In this document: piece by piece, positions 26,401 to 38,239 of the stretch
Position numbering within the stretch: the stretch's first letter is position 1
Layout of the letters: each line of letters begins with the position of its first letter
From: Nageia nagi
Taxonomy: Eukaryota; Plantae; Pinophyta
Assembly (NCBI GenBank): GCA_050084985.1
Contig: JBITNC010000001.1
Span: 110,484,001-110,548,000 of the forward strand
Direction of reading: 5' to 3'
DNA length: 64,000 bases
Translations under genes and position numbers: made by a program
Notes under the pieces: model-generated
Seen by the model: only the letters and a program-made list of their open reading frames with translations
What the model was told of the DNA's origin: nothing
Databases searched by the model: none

Positions 26401-26868
26401 TAACCCAAAGTTTTGAGTAAAGCATAACTATTCATTATGGGATGATAATTTATCTTCAAGCAAGTTAGGCTAAGATAAATTAAGAAATATTTATGGTTGA
26501 ATGGACCTCAGAGTATTAAATTACCTTGATATGATGATGGTGGGAAATACAAGAAGGTATGTGGTACCATTAGGAAGTCAGTATGTTCAATAGAACATGT
26601 AAAGGCAAGCCATGTGAGGTTATTTAATGGGTAGGTTAAATAATGAGAAATGGTATAAAGTTAGTGAAGAGTCTAGAATTATGAATGACTTAGCTTAGAA
26701 CAATACTAGTAATATGGTGAACCATAATTCATACCATTCTTAAGTAGCTTCCAAGCACATTCAAAATAGAATGTATTTAAACTACTTATTTTTATTTACT
26801 TAGAGGAAAAACATTTTGTTCTCACCTCTTGAATGTATGGGACGGGTGTTATAGTTATGGTCCTATGT
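23409..26868 (+). repeat. 5' LTR (last ~26 bp lost)
   Basis: Colinear with 30268-33658. Confidence 0.9.
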
Positions 26869-26869
26869 A

Positions 26870-29800
26870 GGAGCTTTGGAAACTCAAGTAACACCATTAA
26901 TAATATAGGGTAAGATTTTTGGTTCAAATGTTGACATACTTATTGATAATGATGTTAGAGATAGCTTTATTTCTAATCATATTTTGGAAAAACTATCAGA
27001 AAAGCCAAGGATCTTAGAGGAAGGGTGGAAGGTTGAGTTCATGTCAAGACAAACCCATACAATAGCCACTTATTATCCAAACATAGAAGTAACCTTGCCT
27101 ATGTGAAGTACTCAAGTAACCTTATTTGTTGCTCCTCTTCGATCTTTCAAAATCATTTTAGGTATGGAATGGTTTACAAACCATGGAAATTTAATAAAAT
27201 TTGAGGAAAGATGGGCAGATTTTAGGGATGAAAAAAGGATTTGTCAAAAACTCTTTTGTCAAAGGAAACCCTTTAAACCATAACTCTTGTCAGCTTTGCA
27301 ATTATTAAAGGTCATTAAAAAAAGGAGAATGATTTTTTTGTGAAAATAATGGGTATAGAAGAAGATTCAATATAGGAAGAAATACTTAGGATGCATCTAA
27401 TTCTACAATAATACATGAATATTTTCCCAAAGGAACTTTTGGGGATGCCTCCAAGAAGAGAGTTTGATTTCTTTATTGACTTGGTTCTAAGAGTAGAACC
27501 TATATCTATGACACCTTATAAGATGACCACTATTTAAATGGAGAAACTAAAAATTTAGTTAAATGAGTTATTGGAAAAAGGTCTTATCCAACCTAGCACA
27601 TCACCATGGGGAGCACCAGTCTTGTTTGTTAAGAAAAAAAATGAGTCATTGAGGCTTTGCATAGATTACAAAATGTTAAACAAGGTAACTATCAAGAATT
27701 GTTATCCTTTACCAAGGATAGATGATCTTTTTCAATAGCTTAAAGGGGCATGTATATTCTTTAATTTGGATATGAGATCAAGTTAACATTAATTGAGAAT
27801 CAGGGTTTTTGATACCCATAAAACTATATTCAAAACTTGGTATGGACACTATATGTTTACAATTTTACCCTATGGTCTTACCAATGCTCTTGCATCCTTT
27901 ATGAACTTGATAAATATTGTATTATGAGAGTACCTTGATAAATTTATCTTAGTATTCCTAGATGACATATCAATTTATTCATAATCAAAAGAGAAGCATA
28001 ATCATCATCTTAGGATAGTCATGGAGATTCTAAGAAGGAATCGATTATATGCTAAGATGAGCAAATGTGATTTTTATGTATCGTAAGTCCAATACTTGGG
28101 ACATATTATCTCTAGTGAAGAGATTTTTGTGGACCCTTCAAAATTGAGGTAATAATGAGTTGGAACCCACCAAAGAATGTCAGTGGAATAAGGAGTTTCA
28201 TGGGTCCTATAGGATATTACATATGTTTTGTCAATAACTACTCTAAAGTTGCTTACCCCATTACCCAATTAAAAAGAAAGAAAATATGTTTTTATGGAAA
28301 AAGAAGTGTGATCAAGCTTTTGATACTCTAAAAAAAAGGCTTACAATAATACCTATACTTAGAATTCTAGACCCACATGGATCTTTTGTTGTTTGCACAA
28401 ATGCTTCTAAGGAAGGATTAGGAGGAGTATTAATGCAAGATTGTGTAGCAATGGCCTTTGATTCTAGAAAACTTAAGAATCATGAAGGAAGATACACAAC
28501 TCATGATTTGAATTTAGTTTCATTTATTCATGCCTTAAAATTTTGGATATATTGTTTGTTAGGGAAATCTTTTGAACTTAGATGTGATCACCAAAGTCTT
28601 AGATATATCTTGACTTAGCTAGATTTAAATTCCATACAAAGAAGATGAATGGAACTCCTTACTTAGTATGAATTTGGTATTGAGTATATCAAGGGAAAGG
28701 AAAATAAGGTATTTGATGCTCTAATTCATAGAAAATATATTGCATCCATAAGCTTGGGTCATACTAACCTTATTGATAAAATCCATGAATTCCAAGATTA
28801 GGATTATCATTGCCAAAGGATTAGAAGAGAACTTGTTGAAAATACACACAAGGTGCAAACTTTTTTTAACAAACAAGGTGGTATCATTTATTATAAGGAT
28901 AGAGTGGTAATTCATAAAGAGGAAAATATGAGAAATATTATTCTTTGGGAATCACACCACACCCCTTACTTTGCCCACCCTAGAGGGGCAAAAATGAGAG
29001 AAAACATGAAAAGATTTTTTTTTTTTTGCTAGGAATGAAGAGATACATAATTGGTTATGTCTTTAAGTGTCTAGAATAATAGAAAGTGAAGTTAGAACAT
29101 AGGCATCCTACAGGAAAACTTTATCTACATAATATCCCTACATAGAAATGGCAAAAACTTTCTATGAATTTTATTATCAAATTACCAAAAACTAGGTTTA
29201 GGATTGATCCTATCTTAGTGGTTGTTGATAAATTGACTAAAATTGCTTACTTCATACCTAGAAATATAACAGATGATGCTCTATTAGTTGCTATTAAGTT
29301 TGTAAGGGATATCATTTGATTGCATGGATTCCCAGAGGAGATAGTCTCCGAAATAGACTCAAGGTTTACTTTTGAGTTTTGGAAGAGTTTGCATAAAATT
29401 GTGGGCACTAAGTTAAAAATCATCTTAGTTTATCACCCAAAAATATATGGAAAAACTAAGTGAGTGAACCAAGTCTTGGAAGATATGCTTAGAATGTACT
29501 ATATTGATCACCCTACGAAATGGGAAGATTACCTACACTTAGTAGAGTTCTCCTATAACAATGGCTATCAATCATATTTGGGAATGACACCTTTTGAAGC
29601 CTTATATGAGAAAAGGTGTAGGACTCCTCTCTCATTGTATAATATTAAATATTGGGTTATGATCGATAATGATATTATAAGAGAGATGGAGGAGCATCTT
29701 AAGGGAATTTGAAAAAGGTTAAAGGAAGCTATATATCCATAGAAAAGCTATGTTGATTTGAAAAGGACACCAAGGGAATTATCCATTGGTGATAAATACT

Positions 29801-30198
29801 TTATGAGGGTTAAACCCAAAAAAAGTGCCATCAAATCTTCCAAGTTAGCACAAAGATATGTTAATCCTTTCTCTAGCTTAAATAAAATTAGTCCAGTCAC
29901 CTATAAGCTCGAACTTCTTCCTAACTTATCTAAGATCCATGACTCCTTCCATGTTTCCTTGTTAAAAAAGTATGTTCATGATCCATTACATCTTTGGGAT
30001 GTATCTACTTTGTAGATGGAGGACCCGCTGGCTGTGGAGGTGCACCTAGTTTGGCTTCTCAAAATCTGTACTAAGAAGCTCCCAAACCACTTGGTGGACC
30101 ACTATCATGTCCAATGGGACAAATATTCAAGAACTAATTCCACATGTGAAAATATGGAAAGCATGAAAAAACTATTTCCTTTTTTGTTTGAAAAGTAA
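26870..30198 (+). pseudogene. pol pseudogene PR-RT-RH-INT-chromodomain
   Basis: ILIDNDVRDSFIS (protease), [75 protein letters not shown], and chromodomain-like HYHVQWDKY..STCE. Confidence 0.92.
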
Positions 30199-30267
30199 AC
30201 TTAAAACTATAAGACTATGATACTTCTAAAAAACATAAGAGACTATGTTAATCTAAGTGGAGGAGGA

Positions 30268-33200
30268 TGTCATAGCCCAAATCCACTCTAGATTTTCCTT
30301 GGTGTGTTTTGTTTTAGTTTAAGTATCAAATGAGACATTGAATATATATTATTTGAGTAAAATGCTTGATATGCTTTTATTTATTTAAGTTATGAAATCC
30401 TAGAAAAGGATAATGATTACTTACCCTACCTATATCCATAGGTTACTGCTATAAGTGGTTTTTCGATGTGTAGGTTATAGGTAATGGAATGCAAGATGCT
30501 CTTGAATGGTATGGAAATGAATGATTACCAGTGCTTCTCATGATCATATATAAGATTAAGATACAAGGACAATTGGGTAAGTGGTTGCATACAAACATAG
30601 CAACATGGGGCAAGATAAGCTCCCTAAGATTGTTAATGTGTGTTTATGATTGCCTAGTTGTGTTCTTTAATTTGAATTGAAAATAATTTATATGCCTTAT
30701 AGGATTGCCAAGGATGTTAGTATAATTATCTAAGGACCCCTAATAATTAATATTAGAGGGTAAACATAATTAAGGGAACTAACTAGATAGGAAAAAGGTA
30801 AAGCTTAATTATTTAAGTAAATGTATTTAAGTATTTTATGAGAATGTGTATGTATTACTTCTTAATTTTTAATTAAAGTTAATTAATAATTAAGAATACT
30901 AATCCCTAACATTAAATATTATTATTTAGCTTAAAATAAATAAATTAAGCTAGATAAATTATGATTGGTTGATTGATAAAGGTTAGAGTTAACTACACCT
31001 TTAAAATATTATTTATAATTAAATAATATTTATTATACCTAATTAGCATGAGGTATCTCAATTTTAGCTATTATGTCCCAGTTGCAAGTTAGCTATTGTG
31101 TCCATGTAGGAATTAACTCTCACTCATTTGAGTTTAAGTGGTGTTGTCACTTCTTGCTATTTTCTAAGCCTATCCCTAGTTGAAAACTATAAATAGAACC
31201 CTATGGTGGAGCTTTTGGTCATTCTTGTTTTTCATTAATTTTAGAGTAGCAAAGTTTTGCAATTTTGGAGCTAATTCCTTTGGTAATTATGAGATTTAGT
31301 GAGGTTTGCCTTTTGTGTTTATTTACTTTTGTATATTTCTATGAAAGCTTTATTATTTTAGGTATTTTATAAAATAATAGTATTTGGTTTTATTGCTAAA
31401 TTATGATTGGTTGAGGATTTAGTTTATTTCCATGTTGGAATGTTCCCTTTAAAAAGTCTAGTGGTTTTGAAATCGATGCATAATTTTGGTATGAGGTTTT
31501 ATGATTTTTACAATAGGCTTTTAAATTTAAAACCCTTAATAATGCTTTTGGGTTGGGAACTTAAATATTTAGAGATAATATTTATGTTAATAAAATATTA
31601 GAAACTCATACAACTTCTTATTTTTAAATTCCTCCTTGGTTATAAACTTGCCTTGAAACCTATGAGAAGCATATTCATCTAGGTGCTTATAGGATTAGGG
31701 GAAAAGGTTTCATATTTAATTCTTAAAAATCATGCAATATTATTTTATCATTTTTTTAAATTTTTTGTAAAATTAGTTTACAAAAGTAATTATTATGTTT
31801 AAATGGCTTGAAAAGCCTTTATAGGTTATACATGGGCTTAAAGGGCTTTAATGGCCAATGTATAGGAGTAGGAGGGTTTGGGGGACCCATGTGGATCTTG
31901 GGGCTCTCCCAAGCCAATGGGAGGCCCCTAGGCCCCTTTCCATTTTTTCCTCCATGGGGGGAAGCTTTGGGGAGATGTGAGGCTATGGGAGCCCATGTCA
32001 TCTCCTATTACCCCCCTTATGCCTTTTTACTAAGTCTAACATTTGGGAGTGGGTCATAGAACTCGTGAGGCCTTTGACTTCAACCTCATGTTTTGTGCAT
32101 ACCTTGGCCTCATTTTGCATGCAAAGCCTAGGATTTGGTAGGAGAATTCAAGTCTATTTTGTTTAAGAAAATATTAAATGTTTTCTTATTATCTGTTATT
32201 TTATTATTATGTTAATGATAGACTAGAGTGTTTTAATTCTAAATTTAAACAAGATTTATTTTAATTTAGAATTAAATACAAAGTTTATGGTTAATTTTTT
32301 AAAAGGAAAATGTGGTTTTATGGAAAGGGTATTTAATATATGTATATTAGGATGTTTCTTTTATTTTAAAATATAGGCACAATATTTTAAAATAAAGGAT
32401 GAGGTATTATCTTAAAATATAAATAAATATTTTTAGTAGTGTGGTATTATTTTAAAAATAGGGTAGTATTTTTAAAATGGAGTTGAAATTATTATTTTAG
32501 CATATTATTATTATTATAGTTTAAAATAGAGCTTAGTGTCTTATTTCTAAATATGGTAGGCATTTTTAAATTATAGTTGTTGATGAGATTGATGTTTTAA
32601 AATGAAGATATTTGATAATTTTAAAATGTAAGTTGACATTTAGAGTTCTTAGAGTTGTTGGAATGTTTCCTTAAAATTGTAAAGCATGTAGTTGCATTTT
32701 AGAGGAAACCCAAGATTGTATCTAATCCAAGCATTCTTGACCTACCTTCAAATCTAAAGGAGCAAAGCCTTGTTCGTATTGCTAGAAAGGAGGTTGTTAA
32801 ATAGATACCATGGGTTTTAAATTCATTATACTTGCTATTTGATTTGTGGAAATAAATATCAAGGCTATTGTTGTAATAAGATTTGAAAAGAATTATTACT
32901 TCATTATTTGGAATGATTGGGCTATTATGATTATTGCACAAGTTGATATTTTGGGATTGTCAAAGATGTTAAGTGTTATTCTTTTATTAAAGAGTAGTTT
33001 AGTAAATGAATTACCTTACTTGAATGTGATATTGCTTAGTAGTTTATGATGCTTACTTGAGTTGAAAATTTCATGTTATATGATGATGTTAGGACTTAAC
33101 TCCCTTTTCTATAAGTAATATATTTTATTTGGGAATGGTTTATCCTTAGGTTTTGGTAGGTATTTGTTTGATGTTTAAACCTAAGTATAGACCTAACCCA

Positions 33201-33684
33201 AAGTTTTGAGTAAAGCATAACTATTCATTATGGGATGATGATTTATCTTCAAGCAAGTTAGGCTAAGATAAATTGGGAAATCCTTATGGTTGAATGGCTT
33301 CAGAGTATTAAATTACCTTGATATGATGATGTGGGAAATACAAAAAGGTATGTGGTACTATCAAGAAGTCACTATGTTCAATAGAACATGAAAGGTAAGC
33401 CATATGAAGTTATTTACTGGGTAGGTTAAATAATGAAAAATGGTATAAAGTTAGTGAAGAGTCTAGAATCATGAATGAATTAGCTTAGAACAATACTAGT
33501 AATATTGTGAACAATAATTCATAGCATTCTCAAGCAGGTTCCAAATACATTCAGAATAGATTGCATTTAAACTACTTATTTTTATTTACTTAGAGGAAAA
33601 ATAATTTGTGCTCACCTCTCGAGTGTATGGAATGGGTGCTATAGTGATGGTCCTATGTGTTTTTATTGAAATAGGGTTGTAAAA
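30268..33684 (+). repeat. 3' LTR (~3417 bp)
   Basis: Starts after the PPT. Ends gggttgtaaaa (decayed inverse of TGTCATAGCCC), followed by the TSD. Confidence 0.88.
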
Positions 33685-33689
33685 ATAAT

Positions 33690-34380
33690 TTGTTGATAAG
33701 ATAGATACAAAAATACATGTTGGGTGCCCTTCGCAACCCCGTTGGTTTGGATCTACTCAACCCCCTTGGCTTGGATTAACTTATCTTTTCTCAACCCTCT
33801 TGACTTGAATCTCTTTATCTAAGTTTTCTAACCCCCTTAGCTCAAAATGGTACAAGTTAAGTGCTCTATCCCCTTGGATTTTGATACCAAAAATTTAAAA
33901 TATTACAAGTGTTTGCCTAAGTTCCTTATGCAAGATTTTACTATTACTTTTTATTTACATTGAGGGATAGTTTTTACCCACCTCCTTGTGATTTGGGAGG
34001 AAGTTTGAAAATCACACCCTAGAAATCACCTTGAAAATTCTAAAATGAGGTGTTTAAAAATAGATATACCAAAAATGCCTCAAATCACCCAAATCTAAAG
34101 TCCATTTTTGGTCTAGTGGATTCTCATAATTCATTCTTGATTTACAATGATAGAACAAGATAATATCATATTGTAATTTGGTATGCAATGTAAGATTTTG
34201 TATTTTGAAGTTTTTGAGTTTCTAATGAAAAATTACATCCCTTCCAAAATAATAACTTACTTTTCTCTTTTTATTTGGGGAAGGTATCAAGTGAAACACT
34301 CATCAAAAGAGTTCCTTATAAGCTATTATAAGGTCAAAGGGGATGGGATGTTGAATTCGATTAGGTATTTTGTTATTGTG
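33690..34380 (+). repeat. Segmental duplicate of ~35735-36420
   Basis: Colinear similarity over ~700 bp (ctcaaccccttggcttgg...gtggattctca[tc]aattcattcttgatttaca...gaaggtatcaagtgaaacact). Confidence 0.85.
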
Positions 34381-34474
34381 TTTGTAAATCAAATGCTATG
34401 GTTTTTAATAATTTGATAGATATTTATGTAAAATATAGAATAATCCCTTATAGCATGATGAATTCTTATTGCAT

Positions 34475-35201
34475 GAGAGTTCATTTTGGCCATGAATATT
34501 CACTAATAAGTGAATTTTAAAGATTCCTAAAATTGAAATTGGAAATTTTTTCAAGTTACATCCATTATTATTTATATTTTGACTAATATTCACTAACAAG
34601 GCAAATCAATATTTTAAATTAAAGTTTTATTTTTTTGCCTATATTTAAAAATAATAAATAGCTGACTTCACCTTGAAAATATAAATTATTATTTATATTT
34701 TGACTAAGTCACCCAATATAAATACCTTAATCTAAATTTGATACATCCATTGCTATTTACTATTGGATATTTGCCTCCTACTTCCTCTTGGTAGTAGTAT
34801 GCTACCTCCCAGTAGCATCCTGCTACCTCCTTGTGGCATTCTATTACAACCTGGTATTATATTACCACTAGCCTATAGCAGAGTACCATCTTTTGATAGT
34901 AGAATGTCACTCAGTACTAGATTACTACCTCTTGATAGTAGTCTCATGACACCTAATAGCAGTCTCATGTCGCTTAATAGTAGAATGTTGCTTATCAATA
35001 ATAGACTGCTACCTTCTAATAGTAGAAGACTACTGCAAAACTCTTGAAATTCACCAAAAAAATCTACATGACAATTTTTTTCAACTTCAAATTTGCCTTT
35101 GTAATTTTTACAAATTTTCTTAAAATTACCTTAACTACAAATCTAATTTGCCAAAAATTTGTCAAGATACTTTTAAGGAAGGGCTCTTAAAATGAACCTC
35201 G
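34475..35201. mobile_element. Non-autonomous TIR element (MITE; hAT- or MULE-type) inserted in a PPR unit
   Basis: Ends GAGAGTTCATTTT...AAAATGAACCTC. Perfect 8-bp TSD TATTGCAT (34467-34474, 35202-35209; 8/9 if read as 9 bp). The PPR unit resumes on both sides. Confidence 0.8.
34775..35040 (+). repeat. Degenerate 21-bp minisatellite inside the MITE
   Basis: About 12 units of the form ctacctc[ct]t[ga]atag[tc]agaatg. Confidence 0.8.
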
Positions 35202-35738
35202 TATTGCATTATTCTAGGATGAATCATTATACCTTCATTGTTGACCTTATTGGCCATGCAGGCTATCCTCAAGGAGCTTTTAACTTCATTACCAAAATAA
35301 CCATAAAATCTTAATTGGGTGTGTGAATGTGTTTACTTGTTTCTTGTAAATCAAATGTTGTAGTTTTTAATCCCCTCATAGATATGTATGCAAAATATGA
35401 AATAAACCCTTATAGCATGAGGGACTCTTATTGCATTATTCTTGGGATGAATCATTATACATGATTTGAACTTCATTGTTAAAAACTCCATAAAACATTC
35501 ATTGGGTGTGTGTATGTTTTTGCTTGATTCTTGTGAATCGAATCTTATAGATTTGAATTCCCTAATAAATATATATGCAAAATGTGGAAGAATAGAAAAG
35601 GCTCAAGATTTATTTATTAATAAGATGTATGATGCAAACATAGTTTCATGGCATGCAATGATTGTAGGATACACCCAAAATGGGTTTTATGAAAATGGCC
35701 CTAGATACTTTAATTCTAGAAGCATGATAATTACTTAA
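35202..35738 (+). pseudogene. Second PPR-derived block (~2 units plus S/P motif tail)
   Basis: Same 228-bp unit, then NSLINIYAKCGRIEKAQDLF..IVSWHAMIVGYTQNGF; paralogous to 23082-23408. Confidence 0.88.
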
Positions 35739-36842
35739 CAAGATACATAAAGAATACTTGCTTGATGCTCTTTATAATCCCCTCAACTAGGCTCTGCTCA
35801 ACCCCCTTGGCTTGGCTTGACTCTACTTAATTTGCTCAACTTGACTCTCTTTGTCTCAAAGCGCTCTAACCCCCTTGAATCAATACTGTATAAGCTAAGC
35901 ACTCTATCCACTTAGTTACTCTTGTAAAAAAACTCAAAAAAATTAAAATATTACAAGTGCTCGCTTAAGTTCCTCTTGTGAGATTTTATTATCATTTTTA
36001 TTGACATTGAGGGGCGATTTTTACCTGTCTCCTTATGATTTAGGGGGCTATGTAAAAATTACCCCATAGAAACCACCACTAAGACCCTAAAATGAGGCTT
36101 TTAAAAATTATCGTAGCAAAAATGCCTCGAATCACCCACCTTCAAAGCTTATTTTTAGTGTAGTGGATTCTCACAATTCATTCTTGATTTACACTGATAG
36201 AACAAGATAATGCCATATTAGAATTGAATATGTAATGTGATATTATGTATTTTAATTTTTTATAGTTTCTAATGACAAATTACGTCCCTTCCAAAATGAT
36301 CACTTGCTTATCTCTTTTTTCTTTGGGGAAGGTATCAAGTGAAACACTTGTCAAGGGTTCCTTCTAAGCTAGTGGAAAGTCAAAGGGCATGGGATATTGA
36401 ATTTGATTGGCTATATTATTATTTCTATATTATGGTCGAAGCTCTTAACTTGATAAGTTGAGGCATATATTAAGTACTAATGAAGATGTAAAGCATAACT
36501 TATGATCAAGTTTATGTTAGATGTATCATACTCTAAGCATATGACTTTTTGACTATGATAAGATTCTTCAACAATGTTAATAATATAATGTTAGAAATCA
36601 AGTATATAGAATGTATAGATCATATCCATATTGTATGAAATGAAGTAACTAAGTATACCCCTTTATATAATTCTAAATAATATTTAAGTTTTAAAATACA
36701 TTTAATTATTCATAAATTTTAATTAAGACATAAATCAATTTTAATCTTGATAAAATGATAACTCAGCTACAATAAAATAATCGTGCAATACATATAAAAA
36801 TATACAATATACATGTAACAATTTGTAAATCCAAAACAAGAA

Positions 36843-36947
36843 CATACTCAAATGTAGAAGTGAAATATCTGCACTACTACACCCTCTCAAAAAAAAAACA
36901 TACTGAAACGTACAAGTGAAGTATCTACACTGCTACACCACCCTCTT
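36843..36947 (+). repeat. Two-copy ~55-bp tandem duplication
   Basis: catact.aaa.gta.aagtgaa.tatct.cact.ctacacc occurs twice. Confidence 0.7.
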
Positions 36948-37689
36948 ATTTATGTTAAACTGCAATGAATATTCAATTTCCACGAGGATAATACTAGAGA
37001 CATTCCAAGATTGAAAGGTGGCATGAATGTGAAGCTTAGAATCTACACTTTACCAATAAGTGCCACTCCATTCGGCTTTGGTGTCCATTTGTAATAGCAA
37101 CCAATGTGGTTTTCCAAGCAAAGCAAGAGATTCCCCACAGAAGCCAAGCAGACCAATTTTTTTTAGTACCAAGATGATTTAGAAACCTTGCTTTTAATTA
37201 TTGGAAGATGAGTAGCACTAATTTTCCATGTTATGATGACTACCTCGGAAAAATGAGTACCCACAATTTTGAAACCGGGGGGGAAAGCACAAGTTACTGA
37301 AATACCATGCACCAAAAGCTTTCCAGGAATCGATCAAGTGAGACCGAAGTTGATTGATGGAAAAACGACTCAGATGGATGTGTTAAGCCAGTTGGTTATG
37401 GAACCATATCATGTGCATGCTAATGATGGGTACAAACAACACGAGTTGTGTGCCACAACCTTCAATTTTATATATATATATATATATTAGTACTATTAAC
37501 AATTTTATCAGTCTAAATCATTTTTGATTTAGAAATCCTTTTTGTCCTCAGTAAAGATGTCAATTATTTACCAACCCTATCTGAAAAAGATCTCTCAAAC
37601 TATAAACATTTTTTTTTTTTTTAGATTATAACACAAATTGATAGAAATTGGAGTAAAAAAGCGTAAGGTGTAAGAAAAGATTGGCCATA

Positions 37690-37960
37690 AGAATGGCTTT
37701 CGTTTTTCGCTTTTACACCGACCGATATATTCCCTCAAACGTTTAAGACGGCATGAATGTGAGAGTACACGTGGCGGTCGTTTAGGGCAAGGAATCCCCG
37801 ACCGGCCGCATCTGATGACGACAACTGCGTCAGATCGGACCCGGTGGGCCCGTCGTGGGACGCTGCCCACCACCGACCAACTCCGCCACCTTTTTCCCAT
37901 CTTATTTACATCTCTCTCTCCTCTCTTTCTTTTCATTCCTTCCTTACATGGCGGCGATCT
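37690..37960 (+). promoter_or_regulatory. CpG-rich proximal promoter of the Dof gene
   Basis: The only CpG-dense patch in the window. Contains G-box/ABRE ACACGTGGC 37767-37775, TGACG 37816 and CGTCA 37828, TCP-type GTGGGCCC 37844-37851, and a CT-rich Y-patch at 37910-37945. Confidence 0.7.
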
Positions 37961-38239
37961 CCTCCCAGAGCATAAAATTCCTGCCTGCCCCCATTGCATT
38001 TCTTGCTGCTCTTATCACGTTCTCTTTTTCTCTCATAGGACATATTCTTTTCCTTGGAATTTCATCAAGGAAGAAGAGCAATTCTATCTGTTCTATATTA
38101 TCAGATTCGGATAACAGAAGATAGCTATTGTTTTTTTTTGGGTGAGGGTAAAGATTTTTGGCCGCTTTGTTCTACTTTGGAATGTTCATCTGCTAGTGCA
38201 GAGTGAGGGGATATAGTGTTGTAACAGTCGTGGAAGGTT

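Larger units (their letters stand above)
23409..33684 (+). mobile_element. Ty3/gypsy LTR retrotransposon, Tekay/Del-like chromovirus, gag-deleted
   Basis: ~3.4 kb LTRs start TGTCATAGCCC (23409, 30268). PPT aagtggaggagga at 30255-30267. 5-bp TSD ATAAT (23404-23408, 33685-33689). An empty paralogous site lies at ~35730. Confidence 0.93.

Noticed and set aside
37595-38114. 134-aa minus and 99-aa plus ORFs over the promoter
   Set aside because: By-product of the GC/CT-rich promoter; no recognisable domain.
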